Shown: positions 49,901-63,626 of the stretch, piece after piece
Numbering within the stretch: position 1 is the first letter of the stretch
Layout of the letters: the number at the start of each line of letters is the position of its first letter
Origin: Vicugna vicugna
Taxonomy: Eukaryota
NCBI GenBank assembly: GCA_013265495.1
Contig: MU058463.1
Span: 1,387,523 to 1,451,522 of the forward strand
Direction of reading: 5' to 3'
DNA: 64,000 bases
Translations under genes and position numbers: made by a program
The notes under the pieces: generated by a model
What the model was told of the DNA's origin: nothing
The model's database searches: none
Seen by the model: the letters and a program-made list of their open reading frames with translations, nothing else

Positions 49901-51834
49901 CTTTAGAAGTATAGGGAATATAGTCTCTCACATCTCCCTTACAGTCAGTTATAGATATATGGCAATCATATTTCTGAGAAATTGAATTGAGTAATGAGTT
50001 TGTATTTTTTGCCTAATTGGATTGCATCACTGTGAACTTAGAAAACTCGAAGGTGAAAATAATAAACTGCTGTTACGAATTTGTCCGAGAGAATAAGAAA
50101 TAGACATGGTGCTAAAAGATAACGTGATCATGTCATTTATTGTACAAACTAGGACCCTGTTAATCATTTTTCTAAGACAAAAGGCATAAACCAAGACTGT
50201 CTTGAGCAAAGTGGGATAAATGATCACCTTTCTCAAAATTAGAGGTAAATAGTATACCACACATAGAAGAGAGGAATGATATCATGTCTCAAACTATAAC
50301 CCAGCCTATTTTGATGTACATTTCCAGATAAAATAAAATGCGGAAAAGATTATTAACTACACTATCAGTAAAGATAAGCATAAATTCCCAAATGCCAAAT
50401 TGTGCAATTCCAGCTATAATTCAGATGTTAGCTGAGGTCATACTATTCCGTAATGTTAAGATACATTTTATTCAATCCATGTCTTGTGGAAAATCTCAAG
50501 CACTCAACAAGGTTTCTGGGAACTTCAGAGGCATTTACAGAGTCTTGGTCATCCGTGGTTTCAAGTTTCTGGCTCCGAATTTCTGCCTGCTTGGATCCTT
50601 CTTCTTTTTTTACTTTTCAAAGTAATACTTTATCTCTACACGGGAATCCACGTAAATAGATAACTCAATCATTTGCCTTAGTTTTAAGCAAAATAATCTA
50701 ACCATCACAAACTGCAAATGCACACACACATATAAACACACACACGCTGTTACTAGCAATTGTTTGTGTGTAGCACAGGCATCGAAAGTAGATGTGTTGG
50801 AAGGGACTTACAGGACAATATAAGGGGAAAAATTGGATATAAATACGAATCTAGAGTTTTTGGTTGTGCCACTTACTCCTCCTTATATGATCTTGGTCAC
50901 AAACTTGTGAAATGATAGCAATGAGGAGTTCATGAGATAACGCGTTTTATTAGCACAATGACTGGACACAACGTAAGAGGCAATAAATATAAGTTATCAA
51001 TATTAGTACATTGTAGTTAAGAAAGCAAACAAATTAAAACTTAATCTCCAGTCATACAGGTCCTTTAGCCTGTTTGCAATGATACTAGACCCTCTTTTCT
51101 CTTTTCTCTGTCAAGTTACTTTACTCTCTGCTTCCCCGTTCCTGCACCAAAAAGAAGAGCAACAACAACAAAAAAAATCCTCTGTTTTCTTCAGCATCTG
51201 CTGAAAACCCAAGTTCTGAAATTTCTGTTGCTCATTCTAAGATTTAAGAGGCTAAGATTTTGAGGCTAAAAATGAAATACTACTTGTGAGCACCTGATTA
51301 AGTGTGCAGACAGAGCACCATCCTAGTCTAGATGTAGAGGATTTAGAAAAGGTTTCCTTCTTCCAGTTCCATAATCTCACTTTCTTTCTAAGAAAGATTC
51401 CCAGATTGATGTGAACAAGATTTACATTCACACGAAGATTTCATCGGTCAACCGTTACAGCAGCTTATTCTATGGTTGCACATCAAGAAGTAAAAGGCAA
51501 CTAAGTGGTAGTATGTTTTAGTAAAATAGTTGCTAATTAACTATCCCTAAAGAGAATAATAATGGAACTGATTGCTCCCTAATAGCAGATTTTTGGAGAT
51601 AGAGCTGTTGACTCTAGGACTATTTGAAAACTAGTCCACTTTACGATTTGGATGAATGTATCAATAAAAAGAATATACTAATTTAAATACATACTCATAT
51701 AGATAAGTGAATATATCTATAAATAAACATATCTATTAACAATTTCACACAGGACACACATACACACACACAACACAAAGCTGGATATAAATTTGTCCTG
51801 AGGTTAGATCAAATCTTCCTACTGTGACGGTACT

Positions 51835-52080
51835 GCAACGGTATGTAACAGCACAATAAAACTTTTCAGTCCAGCACACTTGCCTTCAAATCCTAGCTCT
51901 GCCACTTGATAATTATTAGAACTAAGCTGAACAATTTAACCCCTGCCCACTTCAGTATCTTAATTTGAAACACTGATGTCATGATATCTGTGTCATAATG
52001 TTATGAAAATTGAAGAAATGACATGTGTAAAAAAATTGTATTGCTCCTAGCACATAGTTAAGTGCTCGGTAAATGTCGTT
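51835..52080 (+). mobile_element. MIR SINE
   Basis: ttcaaatcctagctctgccactt...cttcagtatct...cctagcacatagttaagtgctcggtaaatgt. Confidence 0.75.
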
Positions 52081-55000
52081 TTTAAGAACAAGCTGTTAAA
52101 TTCTTAGGCCATTGTAAACTGTTGCAATGTACATTATTTTGATTACAAAATATAAATATATGTAAAATATAATGTATATTATTACAATTATAAAATATTA
52201 AAAAATTTTTTTCTTCGACTCCCTCGAGGAAAACTTCTCAACAATGTTCTGCTGAAGGCAGCCAGTTGTGGGTTTAGGGTAAGGGCTGGAGAAGCTTGGT
52301 AAAGGCAGGCCGGAAGAACAGTTGTTCTGATTATTCAGAACAGATCTCTGAGTCAAAACTAAATATGGGTAAACACATTCAGCCCGAGGGTCAGGGAAAG
52401 CTAAGGGTCAGAAGCCAAGCAGAGTTTGAAAAAAGATAGACATGAATACCAGAAGGTGGGACAAGAAGGTAGCTTCAGGGTCAGTTGGTAAAGAACACTT
52501 TGAAAAAGTTGGAAACGACAAGGCGAAGCCAACAGACTAGATCTGAAGTGGCAATAATAAAAATGACTTTGATAACTAAACAGTACTTGCTTTAGTCAGC
52601 GAGGTTCTGTATGCTCCCTGGTAGGGATGTGTTCACCCCTGTGTATGGCCGGAAGTGGAAACCCAGGCTCTCCGGTGACAGAACTGAGGAGAAGGAAAAA
52701 GAGAGACCAGAGGACAAGCCCCCCCAGCATGTGGGATGGTGACCACGCTGTGAAGGCAGCAAGCTCTTCTTGTGCCAACTAGTGGATATTCTAGTGCTTT
52801 CTCTCCGGCCTTAAAGAACTTCCTCAAAAACTCTTCACCCCCTAAAGGCATTTATTTCAGTTACCTTCTTACTTTACAGTCAATTCAGAAAATCAGAGCT
52901 GAAATGATCATTCTATTTTTGTTTTAATCAACACTCAGAGTGCATAGGACAAGTCTTTTGAATTTCAAAGTTGCGTGTGATAATACAAAGTAAGACATAA
53001 ATTCTAAATATGACAAAGTGGTATGCTTGATTTTATTAAAAGATAAGTTACATGTGGTGGCACTTAGTAGGCACATTTGGATAATTTTAATACACTTTGA
53101 AAATAAAAATAGCATCAAGGAATAGATCAAATGAAAGCTAGATAATATCTTAGAATATTATTTTATAGAAAGGAAAGTAATAAAGAATATAATTCAGTTT
53201 GACATTTTATACTCATTGCCTTCATTAATTTTTTTTTGTGACCACTATTTCATTGATTTCTCAGAGAACTCATTTATTCCAGCGGTAGCATACTATAATC
53301 TAGACTCAAGGTCTAGAAATGAAATAATAAAAAAGCAATCACCTTGAAGGCAGAGGAACTGCCTTCAGCCTCCAGCTTTATTGATTTGTCAATATGTGAG
53401 CACGGAAATTTCACTTATCCTCTAAGCTTTTCAGTTTTTCACATATAAAATAAGGAAGAATCGTTCTCCTGATATTTTAGATATTTTCTAGCTAAAAGAA
53501 AGGAAGAAGGAATATAGAAAAGAGGAGGAGAAAAGGAAATAGTTAATATTTTCTAAGTCATTTGTCTGTTTACTAAAACACACCTTTAGTGGTTTAATTT
53601 TTAAATCATACTTTCTTTATCTCCTAAAGGGAATTTTTGTTTTCTGATAAATACAGCTACCTCTCTTCCAAAGTTTTCTTGCCTAAAAAAAATCATAGTT
53701 GGATACTCTTATTTTAAGGATGATAAAACTGAGCCTGAAATGTGAAATAATTCACCAAAAGCAACATGATTAAATCCCATCGATAATAATACGTTAACTA
53801 GATATTATTTGTGTCAATTATTACAAATATTCACCTCAAGATATCTAATTTTTTAATAAAAGATATTTAAAGCACAAATATGGTTCCACATATTTCAATG
53901 TAATTTTGAAAGTCTATTAATTATACTAAAGAAAGTACTTGAATGGCTAGTATTTGTTATAGCAGTATTTTTCCTGTAAAGTCAGAAGACTGAATGCAGG
54001 AAATAAATTATCCACCAGTTACTGTGTACTTTTTTCCAAGTCTTACTCATAACTTCCCTAAGCTGTCATTTCATATAACCATACCTTACCTGTAAATTAA
54101 GCTCTCCTTTTATCAAACTCAGCGGGGGGTTACTATATCAGCTTTAATGCCTCTCTAAAAATGGTACTGAATGTGGATTTATATCACAAATGGAAAATCT
54201 GAGAGCGAAGGACATTTTCCATGTGGCAGTCTCATAAAACTATCACTTTTAACAAACAACCCGAATTCAAGAGAAATTTGCAAAAATCTTTTAAACACAT
54301 TCACGGTCTTAGGAGGAAGTGCTAATATGGAGCCTGTCTGCTCTGCTGCAGCTGCTTGATTTATGGAAGCATAAACAACCCTGACTCATTCTAGGGAAGT
54401 CATAATTACCATATGGAGTGTTAAATGTACAGACACTTCATGAGGAACAAGGCCGTAGCTTAAATTATAGTCATTATGCTATCCCCACTCTCACATCTCC
54501 ACATCTTGGTTTAGTGCCTGCTGAGGCAAAAAAAAAAAAAAACACCCCAAAAAGCCCCCTACTCAATACCTTTCTTGAAAATAAATATACATGAAGACAC
54601 TTTATAAAAGAGGTAAGCTGATTGGTATGGTGAGATTTATCCGGCTGCTTCCTCAAATGTTTGATAATGGCTTTCTTAGGACACCTGCTCTATGAGGTGC
54701 ATCACAGGGCACAGTAGGTCTGCTGCTATGACTGTTTCGTGGCCAGGCTGGATCTGTTTAGGGTTGCACAGTGTAGTGGGAGAGGCAAACAACCAAACAT
54801 GTGACATAACTGTGATGTAATCATTGGAAATATATTCCAATGAATTTGTGCTAAGTGCTGTGTTCCTAAAAAACTCAATAGTGAAAACACTACTATGCAG
54901 ACAATGAGATTTAAAAAAAAAAAAAGCTATCAGGCAAGCTTTTTCTTATCTAGATTCCAAAGAAGTATTTATTTGCCTTATATCTTTCCAACAGTTGTCC

Positions 55001-55149
55001 AGCTGGCCACTTGTTATCTTAAAAGGCAATCACTTCAGTCAGTATTTCCTCCCATCCATACTCTAAATTGTGTTTACTGGACTGCAATATCTGAACAAAT
55101 CTCAAAGAATCTTGGTTATTTCATTAAGGTGTCCTAGAGCCAATGGGAA

Positions 55150-55395
55150 CACAATGATAGTTTTTACTGGAAAAGTATTACCTACTGCTTAGTGTGTGCC
55201 AGGAACCATTCTAAAATCTCTAAATATACCAACACATTTAACCCCAACAAACTCTATGTGAGGCCAGTGCATCACTGCAGCTGGGTAAGCTGAGGCACAG
55301 AGAGCATTTATGTAAATTGCCTAAAATCACACATAATGTAGTCAGAACTCTAGGCTCTCTGGTCTGCACTACTGTAATTCTCAAACTATAATGTG
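55150..55395 (-). mobile_element. MIR SINE
   Basis: tgtgtgccaggaaccattctaaa...aagctgaggcacagagag...taaattgcctaaaatcacac. Confidence 0.7.
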
Positions 55396-56819
55396 ATATC
55401 AGGAATGAACTTTGAGAGGATATTATGGCATCAATGTGTAACATGTATTAAATAGGCACAAAACTGGAGAGCAGGCTACTAATTAATGATAGCCATATTC
55501 CAGGAAAGTTAATACATGTAAGAAAGGATGTAAAAGTGATTTCAAAGTATCCAGTGACTAATTGGATATTGAAAACAGAGGAAAAAGAATTGGAATATTA
55601 CTAAGGCTTTCCACTTTAGAAACTGGGAAGATGTCTTAATTGAAATAGAGGTGAAAGTAAGAGTGGAGGAAAGACAAAAATCACATTGAAACCTCCTGTC
55701 ACCAGAGAGAAGCTGTGTAGAAAGCTCATGCTGTGTACACAAAGGACAAGTAGCCATGCGACATAAATCAACCATCTTCATGGGTTCTGTTCCTTAGGTG
55801 GTTGGGCATATATGAGAAGCAAGTTTTACAAAGCATTTTCAGTGATATCCTATTCCTTTGGAACATTTTGCAATTGCATCTGTAAATATATATTTAGCCT
55901 TCAGGAACTTTGCTGACATGTAGTTAGTTAACATTATTCAGGCTAAATGTTCAATGCGGAAGAGTCAACATGGCTTGTTGTCCTGTGACATAATCCATCA
56001 CATCCCTCTTTAATTCCTCTGCACGAAGTCAGTTGGTTTTGGCTGTTTGAAATTATTATCTGGCTGACCAAGGAGCAAGGCTAAGTGAATCACAAAGGTG
56101 GAAAAATCAGCCATGGGAACACAAAACCACGTCCAGGTAGCCAGGTGGTCTGCAAATGCCTGCTAGCACATTTTCTTCTAGTTGGCCTATAACATCTGTT
56201 TCTACAGTGAAAGGGTGTGAAGAAAATGACACAAGTGGTAAGCACTGACATATGCAGGGGAAAGGAAGTGATTTATTTTATATTAAGATTGTTACTGTTG
56301 CAAAAATAAGAGCACAACCTGAATATGTCTCTGTAAGACTTGTATAATATGTGTGTGTGTTTAAGAGAAAGATTGTATATTTTTATTAAATCATAACACA
56401 AAAATACAGGGCTCTGAAAATCTAATTAGCACAATGAATAAAAACAGGAGGCCTATAAAAAATTATTTTCTGAAATAAGGGTAGGATTCTAGCAAGAGTG
56501 TAGAAATATGAAGGAAGGGAGGGGAACTTAAGAAAATATAAATTACATTATTCACTTGCATCAGCTAGAAATGGTATATGTGAAAAAGAATGAATCAACA
56601 TTACTAAGAAAAGTCAAATGAAAATATTTGAAAAAAAATTTTTTATGAATAATCAGTCTAGTAATTTAATAATTCATTGATTAAATTAGTCAATAAAATA
56701 TTTAGCTATTGGTATTACTGAAAATGATAGCATTTCTGACTGAAGTCAGTATCAATTATATCAGCTTCATAGAATGAGTTTATGGAAAATAGAAAAAGAC
56801 AGGTAACTTGGATAAAGAT

Positions 56820-56935
56820 TGATCATTAGACCTAGAATGGACCTGAGGTGTCAACCAGTTCAAATCCCATTTTTACAAATAAAAATTGCATATGCCATAG
56901 AGTTGAAGTGACTTTCCAAGATCACAGAGCTAGAA
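56820..56935 (-). mobile_element. MIR3/MIRc-like fragment
   Basis: atcattagacctagaatggacctgag...cccatttttacaaat...gaagtgactttccaagatcacagagctag. Confidence 0.65.
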
Positions 56936-59169
56936 TTATTAGGAAGGAAGGTGGATTTGGGGGAATTTTAGCAACAGAAAATGTAGAAATTTCTTTGGAG
57001 CTACACTAAGAAGTGATAAAAAGGGATGCAATGTTATCATAGTTCCAGAATGAAAGGGAATTGGGTGAAGTCATGAGGGCAGAAGATAATAATTCATTTA
57101 CAATAAAGATGTGGAGAGTTTACTGGGTCACAGAATATAAGAAAGGACCAGAGAACAAAAATGACAATAAATCATCAAAAAAGCAAATGTGATCATGTTA
57201 GTTATTAATTTATTAAAATTCCTCTAATAAGAAATAAGCTTTTCTGAAATCTGAGAAACCACTGAACTCATCAGTACAACTTTGTTGGATTCACACAAAG
57301 AGGTAGCCAAGTAGGTAATTGCAGTTTTACTTTGCTTTCTGAATAAAAAAGACAACAACAAAAGCTACTGAGTTGAATATTTGAAATAAAACATCATTGA
57401 TAAATTATTTTTAAAGATCTGGAGAAAATATTTATCTGGTGGAGGTAAGAGGCAAGGAGACAAGCGGAAAATTATTTCTTTCTTTGAAGGTACCACTTCA
57501 AAATTAGAAAACATTGAAATGAAGAGAAATAAGAGGTGTGTGCAAAAAAAGATATTGAAATTATTTCCTTTATAGTTTCTCAGTTATTTCTATGGTGAAA
57601 CATGGAGCAGAAATCTTACTGTTAAATTTTATAAGATGGAACATTTTGAATAGCGGTTCTGACCTCCCCAGCCTCCTCTATGCTCCACTGCACCACGTGG
57701 CCATCTGTACTGCAGTGCCCGGCATCCACTCGTGTTCTCTCTTCACATTTGACCCACTGTCCTTGCCAGGACCACATCTCTGTTATCTTCGTGTATAGCT
57801 TAGAGTCAGTATCTTCTAATGTTAAATTATTAAATTTAAAAGCACCTTTTTGGTCATGGGAATAACACTATTATACAACACATGTGATGATAATAATAGT
57901 TGTCACACATTTGTGACAAATGGGATAAGATGGTATCGTCATACAAGAAGATGCAAGAGGGAAATGTTTTTAAAGTACTGTCTTTAGAATAGTGTTGCCA
58001 GATCTTATGCAAGTGCTTTAAAGGTAGGGAAAATAAATGAAAAGCAGATTTTTTTTCTCCCTAACAAAATTGCCAGTGGGTAAGGCAAAGGTTCAGGAAA
58101 ACAGGAGGTTTCTAATATATTAACCACTCCTTCAATGTCTGGCAGCAATTAGGAAAATAAACAGGATCCTGAGTCAAATTAGCAGCAATTAAACTTTCCT
58201 GCAAACGCATTTATACCAATAACTAGTGGGGCAACATCTGGAGAATTATTCACAAAAATGATGCCTGATATTTCTGATATTATCAAAAACAAACAAAAAG
58301 ATTAAAAATAAAAATGGGTAGGAGATACGAACTCTGTCCCAAAAGAGGACTAACTGTGACTTTTGCCACAAGTTTAAACAAAAGCTAGATAAAACTTATT
58401 TAAATGTTTAAAAGGTGCAATTACCTTTTTAGTCTATTTTTGTAGGCAAAGAGCTAATTCTAAATATGGACTAAGACAAAGAAACTCTAAAAATTATGTT
58501 TCAGCTAGATACTAGAATCTTACAAAACTAAAAGTGAGGTAAGGATATTACGCTTAATATAACACATATTTGAAAAACTTGACAGAAACAGTATTTTTGA
58601 AATTGTATAAAATCCTTACTATTTTCAGCAGTTTTTTAACTTATAGAAGCCTTTTTAAAAATAAAGAATCCACTGTAATAAAATATTTTGCTTTTATCTC
58701 AGCCACGTGTTAGAAGTCCAAGCTATAAATACGCTGTATCAAAAAGCTTATTGTAAAATAAAAAAAAAGCAAGCTTATTATATATGTCATTTTTTTGAAG
58801 TTTGGAAAACATCTCTTTATGGAAATCATAGTAACAGTAGTTTGGTTTCCAGAGTCCTGGATGGTCTCTTTAACTTCTGTGCCCAGAAATATAATACCAG
58901 TTGCATTATTTCAACTATGTCTAACCAATATATATATTTTTCCTTACTTGAAAAATGCATTCCAAATTCTAATTTAGGATTAGGAAAACCCTTCCCTCTC
59001 ACAAAACATTCCCACATACTCCCCACTAAAACAAATACCTTTAAGTAAAGACTTTATCACTAAGTCCATCCTCAAAAACAGAAGACAATTATTCTTCTAC
59101 TGAAGTGAAAATGGGAAGAAGAGGAGAAGACGGAATAATCTTCTTAGCTCAGACTTTCCAGTGTAATGA

Positions 59170-60090
59170 TCTATTCAACTAACATATATTTAGCTCCAAG
59201 AAGGTAAACAACCCCAGGACAGGCATTACGTTACTCGGGGAAAACAATGATTAATTAAATATGGAACACGCCTTCCAAGAATCTAGTCTAGTCTAATAAT
59301 AGAGAAGACGTGTGTACAAATTCTATGCTATGACATCATGCCTTGATGTTCAGTTGGACAGTGAAGCAGCTTAAATGCTGTGCCAAAGAAATTGAAGTTT
59401 ACCCTTCGGACATCAAAAGTCTGATGATATGTCTTTGGGGGCAATGAAGTGACACGAAACAGGCTTCAAAAACAATGTTTTAAAAGTCCCAGTACAATGA
59501 ATATTGCAAAGGATGGGGGTGATCACTGGGAGAAACTGATATTGAGAAACAAGTCCTAAAATATTGAAATAACACAGGCCAAATAAGACTGTATAGTATT
59601 GGATTTAGGAGATAAGGAAAAACAATTTAAGAAACTTTTAAAATACTTGACTGGGTAAAGATTGAACGAATTCATGGTGGAGAGCCAAACAGCGCAATAA
59701 GCTAAGTAAGACTCTCAAGTTGAGCACAAATAAATAGGAGAATGGAGACAGAAAGAGTTAGTTTGACCGGGAAAACGAAGTATATAATTTTGCACGTATT
59801 TCATCTGTGATGCTAATAAAATAGTGTTGATGATAATAATTACAGGAGTTTGGTTAAATCCTTAGTGCTGAATGAGAGAGACAAGAAGATGTGGAGAAAT
59901 GCATATATTTTAAGGAGTTATAGAAATGAGAGGTGAAAGTAGATGCAAACTATCAAAGAAGAGCTTGAAGAGTTTTCTCTCTGGGAAGCCAAGAGAAAAG
60001 AACATGGCGCAGAGGGCTTGGCCAAAAAATAAAATGCTGCAGAATAGTGGGGGAAGATGAGAAGTTAAAAAGAACCACTAGAGTCTTCAA
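59170..60090 (-). mobile_element. Long degraded L2 fragment
   Basis: tattcaactaacatatatttagctcc at the 3' end; gtgccaaagaaattgaagtttaccc; aagccaagagaaaag...aaatgctgcagaatag. Confidence 0.55.
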
Positions 60091-62940
60091 ATAGGACCTA
60101 TTTCTATGTCATGGATTGCTCCCAAACTTGTCTGCATCTAGTTTTTTTTTTTTTAAACAGTGTTCATTTACACCATTCATATTACAAGAAGATATCCACT
60201 TTAATTTGTTAGTCATATAGTATTTCCCCAGTTTCAAAAGGTCAGCTTTTATTTCATTAGAATCTATCTCTATGCTTCACAAGTTTCTCCAGCAAACTAT
60301 CCACTGTCTGGGATAGTATCTGATCTGTGGAAATCACTAAATAACGGTGTGTTAGATAAAAGTATATTGTTTTAGGAGATATGCAGGTATGACTGAGTAA
60401 GAAATAAAGGGGTTTGAGGAATATTGAGACGGTAGAATACGGAGTCTGTTTGAACAGTGTGGACTTTACATAGGTATAGTATTTATTATTTATTAACAAT
60501 GAAGTTTGAAAAATGTGAGTAAGGTAGGATAAAGTAAGGTGGAGCTTTGGAAAGAAATGTCACAAGTTTGCTCAACCTTACCTCAAAATTCATTAGATTC
60601 CTTTGCACTTCTTTAAATCTTTCACTGTTAAGTATGTTCACTTTGTCTTTATTTCAAAAATTTTTCTGAGGTCTGGAATTTCATTTCGTCAATGTATCAG
60701 TTTAAGAAGTCAATAATTCCTTTAAATATTACTATGTTTTCAAATATGACTTGGAACTTTAAAAGCCTTTAGCTAATGAAAAGCTACATACAGTAATTTT
60801 GAAATCCTACCAAAAAAACCTATGCCAATATATGCAAAATATTCCTACAGGTTACCCAAGCCACATTTAATAAAAATGTATATCCAGTAAAAGTTTCTAA
60901 TAATTCTGCTTAATTAAAATTTTACCCATGTATAATGAATTATTAGGAAACATTCCCTTATTTCTTCTTACCAACACCTACATGGCATGGCTCTCTCCTC
61001 ACCTCTGCCCCACTATTACCTTATTAATACGTTATTTGTGTTTCTGACAAGGTAAATTAAAGCCAAGTTTTCGTGTTATTCTGCCCTCCTTCTCACCCTT
61101 AACCTGAACTTGACATTCTGAAAGTTGGGAAGGGGGAGAGGGGATTGACGTCAGCTCTTCTTTGAGCTTTTGAGTCCCTTCCTTTCAATTTCCTCTGGTG
61201 TCTCACCCACCTTTGGTTACCTTCTTTGGCTCTTGATGGAAAGTAACCAGACTGGTAGGATAAATGAGATGTGTAAGGGGTTTAAATTTGAATGATTAAA
61301 ACCCACGTTTGTACTTCTTAAAGTGAATTTCAGAGCAACATGGGGACCTCCAGTGTTCAGCACCAGCGATTTTGGTGTGAGGAGCAAAGATATGACAGAT
61401 TTGGAAATTTCTCAGTGTCTTTTTTGTGTGTGTCTTTTCTTTTGAGATCACCTCCTTTTCATGCATCTGGTCACCTGGAAAGTCCCCTTGGACATAGATT
61501 TGAAGTAGAAATTTGTGCTATCCAACCTTTGGTGTTACCTGTATTTCCCAAGACTGTTGCCCAGTCCCCTGTAGATCAACATGGATCAACTGCTTCTCCA
61601 TAAAATCTCCCATTTCCTCAAATTTGAATATTTTAGGTCCTCAGTACAAAGGTTATAAATTTAATGGCACATATTCTTCTCTGCAATTCTATTCTTGTAT
61701 TAGAAAACTCAACCATTCTTACTTTGAGATTCTCCTACCTCTTTAAAAAATGGCTAGTATTTATACACTGCAACATAACTTTTACCTTGGTCCTGGTTCT
61801 CCTTTACTTAAAGGGAAAGACATCTCGACATTAATCTTTGTTGTTGTATTTTTCCCCCACATAGATTGTCATTTGACTGCAATATCAAACCCTGTGTATA
61901 AAGATGATTCTGTGTTGCACTGATTTTTTTTTCCACTTTTCAAAATCTCAGCAATAGTGTTTGGTTCACTTACAAAGTTGTGAAGTTTATTTCCTAACTG
62001 TAGTTTCCTTTCTTATTCTTATTAAACCTGACTCGCATATTGGGATGGTTCCATGGAGGAAGAGTCCTTGTTTGTGGTAATTTGATTAAGTTTTTCCTTC
62101 ACCTAATATTATTAGGATGGGAAATCCTCTATGTGATACTGGTCTGAATTTCCATTCAACTTCCTTTGTTAACTAGTTCCATTCACTTTCTGTGGCTAAT
62201 CCATTTGCTACAACTAAAATCTTAATTTTTACGTATCTAGTGTCTTTTGGGGTCTTTAGCCAGGACAGACAACCACAAAAAAAAATGCATCTCTGGATGT
62301 TCTGGAGATAAGACAAAATGCATCTCTTGATGTTCTGTTCTGCCCTTATCTTATTTATCATCCTCTCCTCACCCAATACCCAAAACTCACAATGAAACAA
62401 ACAAGAGCTTATTTGAGAGCACATTGTGTGTCTGGTTCTCAGGGAAGTGCCACACTGAACCCTTTAACTTGATCCTGACAAAGTTGCTTCCTTGCTTCTG
62501 TAAATTGGTGATAGTGATGAAGAAGCGGAAAAGATTAAAATAAAACAAAAACAAAAACACCACAAAGAGTAGAATCTGGGCAACCAGTCCTACACCGTTA
62601 AAATCTGTCTGATGCCACCAATCTGAAACCCACAAACTTGCACATTGCAGCTATGACTATTTTAATATGAATTCATCTTGACCCTGAGAACAAATCTCTT
62701 CTTATCACACAAATTAGATTCCATTACTTAAATGTCCTGAGTTTAATCTATTTCCAGTACAAAGGCCTAATTTCTCATAGGTATGATATTGATTTGAGAC
62801 TCCAGAGAAAGTGTCTTTGACAAAATTACTAAAGCAGACTAAGGATAGAGATGATCAAGGTCATAAACCATTAAGTTCTCTGTATCTCCTACTGATCCAT
62901 GTTTGAAAAACACAAAGTAACTTGTCCAGACAAATCACTA

Positions 62941-63626
62941 CAGGCAAACCTCCAATATATTACTGCTTCCATTCCAGACCACTACAATAAAATGAATATT
63001 ACAACAAAGTGAGTCACACAATTTTTTTCATTTCCTGTTGCATTTAAAAGTTATGTTTACACTATAATGTATTCTAATAACTGTGCAATAGAATTATATC
63101 TAAAAATACAATGTACGTGCCTTAATTTTTAAAATATTTTATTGCTAAAAAATTGCCAACCTTCATCTGAGTCTTTAGCAAGTCATCCTAATCTTTTTGC
63201 TGGTGGAGGGTCTTGCCTCAGTGTTGATGGCTGCCGGTGGTGGTGGTGGTTGCTGAAAGTTGGGGTTGCTGTGGCAAATTCTTAAAATAAGACAACAATG
63301 GAGTTTTCTGCATTGATTGACTCTTCCTTTTTTGAAAGATTTCTCTGTAGCCTGCAATACTGTTTGATAGAATTTTATCCATAGTAGAACTTCTTTCAAA
63401 ATCAGAGTCAGTCCTCTCAAACTCTGCTGCTGCTTTATTGACTATATTTATATAAGATTCTAAATCTTTTGTTGTCATTTCAACAGTCCTCATGGCATCT
63501 TCACCACGAGTGGTTTCCATCTCGAGAAACCACTTTCTTTGTTCATCCATAAGAAGCAACTCCTCATTCGTGAAAGTTTTATCATAAGATTGCAGCAATT
63601 TGGCCACATCTTCAGGCTACACTTCC
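62941..63626 (-). mobile_element. Tigger1 DNA transposon 3' portion (pogo/Tc1-mariner), with transposase C-terminal ORF remnant
   Basis: TA (62939-62940) followed by TIR-like caggcaaacctccaatatattactgcttccattccagaccac; minus ORF 63218-63607 [17 protein letters not shown]...[12 protein letters not shown]...FERSST..K.LSNSIA.YREIF is the Tigger1/TIGD1-type C-terminus. Confidence 0.92.

Noticed and set aside
50448..50615. Minus-strand charged open stretch KVKKEEGSKQAEIRSQKLETTDDQDSVNASEVPRNL...
   Set aside because: Preceded by an in-frame TGA, with no convincing flanking splice sites and no recognised homologue.
54084..54100. Minus-strand CAG/GTAAGG as a possible recursive splice site
   Set aside because: No real polypyrimidine tract upstream, and the host transcript direction is unknown.
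57900..57919. Hairpin TTGTCACA-catt-TGTGACAA
   Set aside because: An 8-bp stem with a loop is at chance level.
63218..63607. Possible TIGD1-like gene
   Set aside because: Only the C-terminal part is present, next to a Tigger1 TIR, frameshifted at its end and cut by an L1; it is a transposon copy.
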